A program made the position numbers and the translations under genes. From Candidatus Brocadiia bacterium (GTDB taxonomy: Bacteria; Planctomycetota; Brocadiia; SM23-32): DNA of 64,000 nt. The notes under the pieces were generated by a model that was not told where the DNA came from, ran no database searches, and saw only the letters and a program-made list of their open reading frames with translations. Numbering within the stretch: the stretch's first letter is position 1; every line of letters starts with the position of its first letter. Below, in pieces: positions 11,069-20,058 of the stretch. The stretch covers positions 23,083 through 87,082 of the forward strand of contig JBKHIT010000014.1 of NCBI GenBank assembly GCA_046538485.1, given 5' to 3'.

Positions 11069-11515
11069 TGCAGCTCTTGAGCATTGTCCGGACTCGCAAC
11101 AACTCTCGGCTTGTGGAAACTTTCCACAATATACCCCGGCCTCACGTATCCGGGAACAACGAAAACCTGAAGCCATCTATCCGGGCCTGAGGGCCCGGTC
11201 CACAGGCTGGAGAGCCTGTGCTACGTGCGTTTGCAGCATGGCGTATTGCAGTGACAGAACTGCCGGGAAAGCGCTTCTCAGGGCCAACGGCCCGGCAGAT
11301 ATCAGCCCGGGGGGAAGAGGGCTGAAGGTCCTCGGAGCCCCGGGTTAAGGCTCGGGGCAAGCTGTCTCCGAGGTCTCGCTCCCCACGTGTTCCGTCCCAG
11401 GAAATACTCGGTGCCCTGTTCCGGTTGATCTTCCACCAAACGCTTGATAGTATCCGGTTCCTATCGACGTTTGGCTTTCTGACGACTCGCTCCTCTTTTT
11501 GCCCGGTGGATAGCT

Positions 11516-12904
11516 ATGCCTGATCTCAATACAGATCGCCCGAATATTCTTTTCCTTCACACCGATCAACACCGGTTCGACTACATGGGTTGCGCCGGTG
11601 CGGATTTTCTGAACACTCCGAATCTCGATCGGCTTGCCGAGCGCGGGATCCGGTTCAATAACTGCATGACCAACTCCCCGCTCTGCGCTCCGGCGCGGAT
11701 CGGGCTGGCGACCGGCATGCAACCAGCCCGGGTCGGGTCACTGGGCAATGATTCTTTTGTCCCGCCGGATATGACGACCTACTACATGCGACTGCGCGAT
11801 GCGGGATACAGAGTGGGGGCCGTGGGAAAATTGGATCTGGCCAAACCCGACAGTTTCAACGGACGTTACGGCGACCGACCGTGCGTCTACCAGTGGGGTT
11901 TTACCCATCCGGAGGAAATCGAGGGGAAAGTGCATTCCCTGCACCAGGATACCCCCAACGGACCCTACGGTCTGTGGCTCAAAGAAAAAGGTATGTGGGA
12001 AGATTATCGCCAGGAAGCGGTAGATCACTGGCGCGAACCGGATCGCTGGATAACGCCTTCAGAACTGCCGACCGAAACCTTCCTGGACAGTTATCAGGGA
12101 CAACGGGCGGTCGATTGGATCAATAACATCGGCGAACGATTCCCCTGGCATCTGTTCGTCACGTTCTCCGGTCCTCACGTCCCGCACGATCCGCCCCGGG
12201 AGTTCGCCGATCGGTACGAAGGCAAACCGATGCCCGAGGCCGTGCCGATTCCCGAATGGGACGACCGTCCGAATCCATCAGAAACCAAACGCGATCCAGA
12301 ATTTATCCAGCAATGCCGACGGATGTACTGCGCGTACATCGAACTGATCGATCACTGGATCGGTCGAATCCTCAATGCGCTCGAACAACGGGGATGGCTG
12401 GACGATACCTACATTTTCTTCTCGTCCGACCACGGAGAGATGCTGGGCGATCTGGGCCGATACTCCAAGAAATATCCGTATGAACCGTCTTTGCACGTGC
12501 CGCTGTTGGCCTCGGGACCGGGAATCCCCCAGGGCAAAACATCAGATGCTCTGGTCGAGACGATCGATCTGAACCCGACGATCTGCGAGCTGGCCGGTCT
12601 GCACCGTCAACCCAACATCGATGCCAGATCGCTGTGTGAAACCCTGGTCGAGCCAGCGCAAAAACACCGGGATGAAACCGTGTCGGTTATCCGCAAATGG
12701 CAGTGCGTGCGGACCGACCGCTACAAACTGGTCCATAATTTCAATACTTTCGATGAACTCTACGATCTACACGAGGATCCGGGTGAACAGCGCAATATTT
12801 ACGAGGAGATGGCCGAGAAAGATCCCGACCTGATCCGGGACCTCCGCCGTCGGATAGGACAACGACATGGGGGAGCCAGCCCCTACGGCCAGCCGCGGGG
12901 GTAG
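11516..12904 (+). CDS. Sulfatase (formylglycine-dependent, S1 family)
   Basis: PNILFLHTDQHR, LCAPAR (CxPxR), SSDHGEMLG, ELYDLHEDPGE. Confidence 0.93.
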   Translation: MPDLNTDRPNILFLHTDQHRFDYMGCAGADFLNTPNLDRLAERGIRFNNCMTNSPLCAPARIGLATGMQPARVGSLGNDSFVPPDMTTYYMRLRDAGYRVGAVGKLDLAKPDSFNGRYGDRPCVYQWGFTHPEEIEGKVHSLHQDTPNGPYGLWLKEKGMWEDYRQEAVDHWREPDRWITPSELPTETFLDSYQGQRAVDWINNIGERFPWHLFVTFSGPHVPHDPPREFADRYEGKPMPEAVPIPEWDDRPNPSETKRDPEFIQQCRRMYCAYIELIDHWIGRILNALEQRGWLDDTYIFFSSDHGEMLGDLGRYSKKYPYEPSLHVPLLASGPGIPQGKTSDALVETIDLNPTICELAGLHRQPNIDARSLCETLVEPAQKHRDETVSVIRKWQCVRTDRYKLVHNFNTFDELYDLHEDPGEQRNIYEEMAEKDPDLIRDLRRRIGQRHGGASPYGQPRG

Positions 12905-12995
12905 AAGAACCTGCGGGATGATGGGCCTGGATCAACGCGTCATGGCAAGAAGAATCCCAGAGTCCCCGGAATGATACGGAAACTTTCTGCTGGAG

Positions 12996-14513
12996 TTGGT
13001 TATGTCGGGATGTGAATACAGATTGCCGGGATGGGCCATCGCGGATCGCCCTCTTCGGTGGGGGACCGGCCGGTTGGCGATTGTCCTCACAGTATCCTTC
13101 ATGTTTTGCGTTTTCTGTGTTCCGTTACGGGCGGGGGAGAGCGCCGAGAAGAAACCAATCCCCGTCATTTTCGATACCGATATCGGCGAGGATATCGACG
13201 ATCTCTGGGCGCTGGTCTACCTGGTGCGTTCCCCGGAGATCGACGTCAAACTCATCACCACCGGTTTCACGCTGCCGGTCAAGAAAGCGAAGATCGTCGC
13301 CAAAACGCTCGGTCGGATAGGCCGAACGGATATCCCCGTCGGGGCTGGGGTCGGACGCCGAGACTATAACACGAATTACCGACCCTGGGTCGATGATTTT
13401 GACCTGAAAGACTACAAGGGGAAAGTCTACAAAGACGGTGTGGGAAAGCTTATTGAGACCGTCTATGCCGACAAAAGCGGACGGCTCAAGATAATCGCCG
13501 TCGGGCCGATGCAGACACTCGCCGGGGTGCTGAAGCGCGATCCGTCCATCGCAAAAAAAGCGGAGTTGATCGCGATGGCCGGGAATTTCAGCCATCTGGA
13601 CAAGAAAGATTCGGCTAAATTGCGCGCGGAAAGCAACGTAAGATGCAAAATCCCAGAAGCGCAAAAAGTCTTCGCGGCAAACTGGAAAAAGATCCTCGTT
13701 GCGCCCGCCGAATCGTCCCGAAGAGTTCAGCTCTTCGACGAACGCTACAAACACGTGCGCCACAGTGATGATCCCGGAGCGAAGACGATCATGGAGGTGT
13801 ATGATCTCTGGGAAGAAAACGCCAATTGGGCAAATTATGATACGAAAACTCAAAGTTCGCATTTGTACGATACCATGGCCGTCCACATGGCATGGAACAC
13901 TTCACCGTTCAAAATCGAGCCTCTGCTCATGCGAGTTACTGACAGGGGGCACACGGTCGTCGAGAAGGAAAAGGGCCACCGCGTGTTTGTGGCCCGAAAA
14001 TGGGTTGATGACGACGAACTGCGGCACTTCAAGACCGAACTCGTCCGACGGATTGCCGGTTCGCTTCCCCGAACCGGAGTTCGGCTCGGGGTGGCCGATG
14101 CCACTGCCAGCGTGAACCAGGAACAGGCCCGCAAAGTTCTCACCGGGGGAAAACTGCATCGTCAGAACAAAGCATGGTCGGCCAGGAGAACCGACAAAAA
14201 ATCGCAGTGGTTCCAGCTTGAGCTGAGTCAGCTCGCCGAGGTGCGGATGCTTAAGGTTGCCTTCGCCCATGGACGGCGCTGGCCGGAAAAAGTCGAGATC
14301 CGCACCTCCACCGATGGCAACCGGTGGCAGACGTTGTTGGATACGGTCAACAAGACGAAGACAAGTAAGTTCAAATCGTATAAGCTCAAACCGACTCGGG
14401 CTAAATACATCCGGGTGGTGGTCAAGGGGCACGGGACATGGCACGCGACGATTGTCAAAGGCGTGCGGGTGTACGGTCTTCGAGCGGAAAGACCACAAAA
14501 AACCGGCCGGTGA
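12996..14513 (+). CDS. Exported nucleoside hydrolase (IU-NH family) fused to a C-terminal F5/8 type C (CBM32-like) domain; exact start uncertain
   Basis: Hydrophobic N-terminal segment, then DTDIGEDIDD, VGPMQTLA and AESNV. C-terminal WFQLEL…STDGNRW…AKYIRV…VRVYG. Confidence 0.82.
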   Translation: MVMSGCEYRLPGWAIADRPLRWGTGRLAIVLTVSFMFCVFCVPLRAGESAEKKPIPVIFDTDIGEDIDDLWALVYLVRSPEIDVKLITTGFTLPVKKAKIVAKTLGRIGRTDIPVGAGVGRRDYNTNYRPWVDDFDLKDYKGKVYKDGVGKLIETVYADKSGRLKIIAVGPMQTLAGVLKRDPSIAKKAELIAMAGNFSHLDKKDSAKLRAESNVRCKIPEAQKVFAANWKKILVAPAESSRRVQLFDERYKHVRHSDDPGAKTIMEVYDLWEENANWANYDTKTQSSHLYDTMAVHMAWNTSPFKIEPLLMRVTDRGHTVVEKEKGHRVFVARKWVDDDELRHFKTELVRRIAGSLPRTGVRLGVADATASVNQEQARKVLTGGKLHRQNKAWSARRTDKKSQWFQLELSQLAEVRMLKVAFAHGRRWPEKVEIRTSTDGNRWQTLLDTVNKTKTSKFKSYKLKPTRAKYIRVVVKGHGTWHATIVKGVRVYGLRAERPQKTGR

Positions 14514-14546
14514 GTCCAAATGATCAAGAAACTGGATAGTGATACT

Positions 14547-15929
14547 ATGAAAAGAAAAACAAACGGGCCGGAACGTGAGACTCCCCCGAACCTTTTGTTC
14601 GTTTTCGCGGACCAGCTCGGGGCGGCGTACATGGGGTGTTACGGGCATCCGCAGGTGCAGACGCCTAATCTGGACCGCTTGGCCGGGGAGTCTGTGTTCT
14701 TCCGAAACGCCTACGCTGCAACGCCTTTGTGCACGCCTTTCCGCGGCACGCTGTTTACGGGGAGATACCCGGTGCAGACGGGAATCTGGCGCAACAGCTA
14801 CCGTATCCCGGTTTCGGAAACCACGCTGGCGGAACTGTTCAATGAGGCCGGTTACGCGACGAGTTATGTGGGCAAATGGCATCTGGCGGGACCACCCCGC
14901 AAGACGTGGGTGCCGCCGATTGAACGGGCCGGGTTCCAGGATTTCGTCGGCTGGGACTGTGGACACGTGCGGCATATCAACCAGGAGTATTTCGATGGCG
15001 ACGATCCTGAAATCCTGAAGATGCCCGGACATGAAACCGATGCGATGACCGACATCGCTCGGGAGCGGCTTCGCCGGTGTGCCGAAGGTGAAAATCCATT
15101 TTGCATGTTCGTATCCTACCAGGCGCCGCATCCATTCTGTGAGCCGCCGGATGAATACCTCGATTTGTACCGGGATCGTTCGCTTTCGTATCGACCGACC
15201 GTCGACCACGATGCCCGCTTCACGGGCTACGGCGAAGAATCCGCCGAGATGCCTGTCAGGGAATGGACCGAGCGGTATTTTGGCGAGATCAGCCATCTCG
15301 ATGCCGCCATCGGGCGTCTGCTCGGGGAACTCGAGGGTCTGGGATTCGCCGACGACACCGTGGTTGTGTTTTCATCGGATCACGGGGACATGGGCGGTTG
15401 CCGCGGATTGTTCGAGAAAGCTGTACCGTACGAGGAGGCAAGCTGGATCCCTCTGATTGTGAGGTTGCCGGGACAGGAGAAGGGCCGCGAGACGGACGCG
15501 CTGTTTTCATCTGTCGACTTTTTGCCGACACTTCTCGGTCTGTGTGAATTGCCACCGGCCGGGTCAGCGGAAGGCGTCGATTATGCTCCTTTGCTGCGTT
15601 CGGAGAGTGATGCTGAAAGACGCGAGCATTTAATCATGCAGCTTGAGGACTGGTCCTGCATTCGGTCCGGGGATATTAAACTGACGCTTGATCCTGAAGG
15701 GACAATCCCGCGGGAGCTTTATCGTCTGAGCGACGACCCGTTCGAGCAGACCAATCTCGTCGCAGAAGCCGAAGAGCAGCGAACCGTCGAAGAGCTTCAG
15801 GAAACTTACGTGAGCTGGCTGGAGGATGCCCGGACCCGCGTCGGGAACGTCGCAGAGGCGTCCATGGTGTCGCCGGCGCTACGTGAATCAGATGCCGACG
15901 CACAAGGCGGCGGGAACAAGACAATCTGA
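14547..15929 (+). CDS. Sulfatase (S1 family)
   Basis: PNLLFVFADQL, LCTPFRG (CxPxR), YVGKWHL, SSDHGDMGG. Start could be 14520 or 14547. Confidence 0.92.
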   Translation: MKRKTNGPERETPPNLLFVFADQLGAAYMGCYGHPQVQTPNLDRLAGESVFFRNAYAATPLCTPFRGTLFTGRYPVQTGIWRNSYRIPVSETTLAELFNEAGYATSYVGKWHLAGPPRKTWVPPIERAGFQDFVGWDCGHVRHINQEYFDGDDPEILKMPGHETDAMTDIARERLRRCAEGENPFCMFVSYQAPHPFCEPPDEYLDLYRDRSLSYRPTVDHDARFTGYGEESAEMPVREWTERYFGEISHLDAAIGRLLGELEGLGFADDTVVVFSSDHGDMGGCRGLFEKAVPYEEASWIPLIVRLPGQEKGRETDALFSSVDFLPTLLGLCELPPAGSAEGVDYAPLLRSESDAERREHLIMQLEDWSCIRSGDIKLTLDPEGTIPRELYRLSDDPFEQTNLVAEAEEQRTVEELQETYVSWLEDARTRVGNVAEASMVSPALRESDADAQGGGNKTI

Positions 15930-16207
15930 GGAGAGGACGATACCCGGCGCACGGCAGGGACCGACGCTCCCGGCTGGCCCCGTGAAGAGTAAAAGGAGCC
16001 ATTTGCGTTGATCAGAAATGCTGGAGTTGTTGAGAAGATGGTTTAGCCTCAAGTCCAGTTTCGCCCGCCGTTGGCAGGCTCAGCTGAACTCGAGTCTGCA
16101 GGATACGCGGTCGAGAAGCGGGGCCTGAATGCTTGAACGGGACCGTTGCAGAGGGTAAGCTCTGTATAAAGTTGCCTGTTTGATTCTGAGAAGAATAGGA
16201 GGACATT

Positions 16208-16558
16208 ATGTCTGATCTGGTTCGAGTGTCTCCAGAAGAGGCCGGTCGTGCTTGTGCCTGGTGCGGGAAGACTATAGCGGACAACACGCCGGTCTTCGGT
16301 ATGGGCGGCAAATTGAGGCCTGGCGCCGATCTGTCTGAGTTTGAGGGAGCCGGTGTTCGCATGGAACTCGTTACTGAAGACCGTAGCGTTATTGCTATTG
16401 TGCCACCACCGGACTCCGACGCTGCAAGGGATGGCTACGATTTCATGTTCATGGTTTGCTCGGAAGCCTGTGGGGCAGAACTGAAGCGCACATTGGATGC
16501 CGAACGAGAGCTGGGGGATGCGCTTTTTGAGAAGGTCAATAGAATAGAAGGTAACTGA
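16208..16558 (+). CDS. Small hypothetical protein with CxxC…CxxxC putative metal-binding motif
   Basis: RBS AGGAGG; CAWCGK…VCSEAC. Confidence 0.7.
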   Translation: MSDLVRVSPEEAGRACAWCGKTIADNTPVFGMGGKLRPGADLSEFEGAGVRMELVTEDRSVIAIVPPPDSDAARDGYDFMFMVCSEACGAELKRTLDAERELGDALFEKVNRIEGN

Positions 16559-16623
16559 GAACTCCCAACCAGCGGAAGAACGCCAAAGAAGGTTACAAAC
16601 GTTGGCGGGCAGTTGCCGGGGAC

Positions 16624-17808
16624 ATGCGCTTCAATCCACTATTGCTTTTTGTAGCCATATCTGGAGCACTGTCAATGACCGCAAATGCACAAGATTCACC
16701 CGTTAAAACGGTTGTGTTTCCCAAAGATGGGAGAACTGTCCATCGCATTCCCTCAATTGTCGTATCCACGGACGGCACGATTTTGGCATTTGCCGACAGA
16801 CGCGTGGGTTCGAGGAGCGATTGGGGCCACCGTACGGACATTGTTCTGCGCCGCAGCACGGACAACGGAGAAACGTGGCAACCGGTGCAGACGCTTTTCG
16901 GCCAGGACTCCGTCTGCGCGCACGGCGGTCCTGCGCTTGTCGACCGACAGGCGGGACGAGTCTTCAAGTTTTTCCGAAAAGCGCCAGCGGCATTCAAGAA
17001 TTCGACTGAAATGGTCAAGGCTATGGCCGAACGCGAGGAATATGTGAAATGGGTGGAGTGGGGCGCAGGGAACTACGTCTGTACGAGCGACGATGACGGC
17101 AAAAGCTGGACGGAACCGAAGCGACTGGATATAGTTCATCCCGAGATCAAAGACTTGACTCAGGTCGGGAACGGCATCCACGGAGTTCAACTTGACGACG
17201 GTACGCTGGTGATCCAGGGCGGCGGAGGTCTGCGTCGCCGTCTGCAACGCTGGGAAGACAGGTCAAAGCTGTCTTTTTTGTTGCTGAGCACGAACGGAGG
17301 GCAGACGTGGGAGATCGGCGCTCAATGGCCCGTTGCCGGTGCAATGAGGGAATTCGCTCTGGCGCCCCTTGCCGGCGGACGGCTCTATGTGAATCAGCGG
17401 GCACGGTCTTTTCGCCGCGTCGCGTGGCTGAAGGGAGTTCAAGACGAGACGGTCACCCAGCAGCCCGACAAAAACTTGATCGATCCGGGGTGTCACGCTG
17501 GTTTGGTCATGCTTCGTCAAGCCGTGGATGGCCAATCTGTCTTGCTGTTCAGCAACCCCCCGAATGTCAATCCTCATCCAGATGAATTTTATCCCGAAGG
17601 ACGTTACGGTCTCGCCCTGCGTATGAGTTTGGACGAAGGCAAAACCTGGTCGCCGGCCAGGCAACTTGAGAAAGGGCTCTCCGCCTACAGCGATCTGGCC
17701 GAGGGCCGCGATGGCACAATTTACTGTCTTTATGAAACCGGCAAGTCGTTCTACTCCGAAAATGTCACGGTGGCACGTTTTGGTATTGAGTGGTTACAGA
17801 CGGAATAG
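16624..17808 (+). CDS. Exported sialidase/neuraminidase (GH33, BNR/Asp-box)
   Basis: Signal peptide, HRIP motif, Asp-boxes STDNGETW, SDDDGKSW, STNGGQTW, SLDEGKTW, and SAYSDL…LYE. Confidence 0.9.
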   Translation: MRFNPLLLFVAISGALSMTANAQDSPVKTVVFPKDGRTVHRIPSIVVSTDGTILAFADRRVGSRSDWGHRTDIVLRRSTDNGETWQPVQTLFGQDSVCAHGGPALVDRQAGRVFKFFRKAPAAFKNSTEMVKAMAEREEYVKWVEWGAGNYVCTSDDDGKSWTEPKRLDIVHPEIKDLTQVGNGIHGVQLDDGTLVIQGGGGLRRRLQRWEDRSKLSFLLLSTNGGQTWEIGAQWPVAGAMREFALAPLAGGRLYVNQRARSFRRVAWLKGVQDETVTQQPDKNLIDPGCHAGLVMLRQAVDGQSVLLFSNPPNVNPHPDEFYPEGRYGLALRMSLDEGKTWSPARQLEKGLSAYSDLAEGRDGTIYCLYETGKSFYSENVTVARFGIEWLQTE

Positions 17809-17900
17809 GCCCTGAGGTTTTGCTGTTGCTGTATCACGGCGAAAAAAGGAGGCCAACATGCAACGGATGAGAGGAGATTCTATTTGGCCGGAGAAATAGA

Positions 17901-18443
17901 ATGAGATGTGTCACAGAACCTGAGAGGAATCTTCCTGTAATCGATGAAAAGGATGTCGTTGTGGTTGGCGCTGGACCGGCGGGGATCGGTGCCGCTATCG
18001 GTGCGGCTCGGGCCGGTGCGAGGACGCTCCTCCTGGAGCGATACGGATGTGTGGGCGGCAATATGACGGTGGGCGGTGTCCTCAATATCCGGCAGTACAC
18101 GGACGATGAAAAACAGATTATTGGTGGTGTGGCAGGAGAGCTTGCGGAGCGGATCCGTGAAAGAGGCGGCACGCGCGAGACGCCGGCTGAGGGACGCTAT
18201 GTGCGGCACGATCCGGAGATTACCAAGTATGTAGCCCAGGAGATGCTGCTGGAAGAAGGTGTGAAACTTCTTCTTCACACCGATTTCGCGGATGCTGTTG
18301 TCGAGAAGGACAAAGTGCAAGGTGTGGTTACGGAGAGCAAGTCAGGGCGGTCGGCGATTCTGGCAAACGCGCATTGTTCTATTTTCGCATCGGATGTCGC
18401 GCAGCGATTGCGGTTGCGAGAAATTTCTACCAGAATGTTATAA
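17901..18443 (+). pseudogene. 3'-truncated FAD-dependent oxidoreductase (FAD_oxidored-like)
   Basis: DVVVVGAGPAGIGAAIGAAR…LLERYGCVGG. Sequence diverges after SGRSAILA, just before the expected DATGD motif; only 180 aa. Confidence 0.75.
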
Positions 18444-18482
18444 CGATCGGGCATTTGATACTGTCTTTTCAGGAGGCGATTC

Positions 18483-19517
18483 GTGGCTGAGCGGAACTTT
18501 TCGATGATTGAATATTTCAACCGGTTGGCAGCGGAACATGTTCCCGAGATGTCTTTCCAGGGAGAGACCGAACAGGACTGGCGCGACTGGCGGGAAAAGG
18601 GGTTTCCGAAACTGAAAGAGCTGCTCGGCTCCATGCCAGAACCGGCTGAATTGAATCCGGAGGTTGTTTATGGGGTTGAAGAAAACGGTCTGACACGAGA
18701 ACGGGTTGTTATTGACACAGAAGAGCATATGTCCGTTCCCTGCGTGGTTCTAAAGCCGGTTGACATGGCCGACGATGGTGCTAACGCCGCCATCGTTTGC
18801 AGTCATGGGCACGGTTTGTACGGGAAAGAGAGCGTTACCGGAAACAGGTCTCTTGCGGAAATCGGAAACCGGATTGAGCAACATAATTACAATTATGGGG
18901 AGCAGATGGCGCGGCACGGGTATCTTACCATCTCCCCGGATTTGCGCGTTTTTGGCGAACGGTCCGATGGTGGGGATCCGTATCCCGGTCGCGATCCGTG
19001 CAACGTTCAGTTCATAAGGGGCATGATTCTCGGCGTTTATACGTTAACGCTGAATATTTTTGATATGACCCGGATTGTGGATTATCTTGAGACGCGGCCG
19101 GAGGTTGATCCTGAACATATTGGGATGATGGGGCTGAGCCAGGGGGGGACGATGACAACTTTCACCACGGCTGTAGAGCCGCGGATCAAGGCGGCCGATA
19201 TCATTGGATATATGGCAACCTGGCGGGGGATGGGCATCAAGGACGCCAATTTTTGTGGTTCGCAGGTGGTGCCTGACATCTTTCGGTATTTTGATATAGC
19301 CGACGTCGCCGGGTTCATTGCCCCACGGCCACTTCTGCTTGAGATGGGTATTCAAGATACATGTTTTCACATTGATGAGATGCTTCCGAATGCCGACCGG
19401 GTCAAGGAGATATATCGGGCGGCCGGGGCGGCCGAAGACCTTCACATGGATATCCACCCCGGGGGACATGCTTTTGCGGGGAACAAAGCATTCGATTTTT
19501 TCGATCGCTACCTGTGA
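18483..19517 (+). CDS. Alpha/beta hydrolase (dienelactone hydrolase / acetylxylan-esterase-like)
   Basis: CSHGHG, GMMGLSQGG nucleophile elbow, IAPRPLL, GGHAF; RBS AGGAGG. Confidence 0.88.
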   Translation: MAERNFSMIEYFNRLAAEHVPEMSFQGETEQDWRDWREKGFPKLKELLGSMPEPAELNPEVVYGVEENGLTRERVVIDTEEHMSVPCVVLKPVDMADDGANAAIVCSHGHGLYGKESVTGNRSLAEIGNRIEQHNYNYGEQMARHGYLTISPDLRVFGERSDGGDPYPGRDPCNVQFIRGMILGVYTLTLNIFDMTRIVDYLETRPEVDPEHIGMMGLSQGGTMTTFTTAVEPRIKAADIIGYMATWRGMGIKDANFCGSQVVPDIFRYFDIADVAGFIAPRPLLLEMGIQDTCFHIDEMLPNADRVKEIYRAAGAAEDLHMDIHPGGHAFAGNKAFDFFDRYL

Positions 19518-19548
19518 GACCAGAGCGTGCCGCCGGGCTCAGGGGTAT

Positions 19549-19576
19549 TTGACAGGGGGAGTAAAGCAGGTATAAT
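19549..19576 (+). promoter_or_regulatory. Consensus sigma70-type promoter
   Basis: TTGACA-16 nt-TATAAT. Confidence 0.55.
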
Positions 19577-19725
19577 GCCAACAAAAGCGTTGTAGAACAC
19601 CATGCTGGGTTTCAGGAGTATGGCGGATGTGTTTTGGTGCGGGGGTTGCTGCTGAAGATTAGTTATGGTTTTCGGCCAGGGGGGGCGAGCTGCGTATGGT
19701 GCCGTTGAATTCACAGAACCTACGC

Positions 19726-19827
19726 CCCCGGATTTTACGGATAATTTGGATAAACGATTGTTAAAATGAAACCGTTGTTTTTTGCCGGATATCGTTCAAA
19801 GTTCTTGCCAGCCAAAAATCCGGGCTA
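19726..19827. mobile_element. ~100-bp MITE-like element, copy 2 (opposite orientation)
   Basis: CCCGGATTTTACGGATAATTTGG … CAGCCAAAAATCCGGGCTA; both termini homologous to 6645-6744. Confidence 0.65.
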
Positions 19828-20058
19828 AAAGACGGTGGAATAGATTTGACAAGAAAAAATTTCCAGTAACAGGCTGAAGGTAGATCCCGGAAAAATTAAA
19901 ATAAACGGATTTTTCACAAACAGGATAACAACATTTCCCGATATGGCGTTGTCAGCCGTGAAATATGGGCCGTTTGGTGATATTTTGTTCTTTGGCTTAT
20001 TTTGAGGGTCCGCAGCCCGAACCAACTGTAACGACAAACTTAAATCCGAGGTGGCAAA

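Noticed and set aside
16560..16610. attC-like site (CCCAAC…GTTGGC) after the small gene 16208..16558
   Set aside because: Only ~44 bp with poor internal complementarity; no integrase or second clear site.
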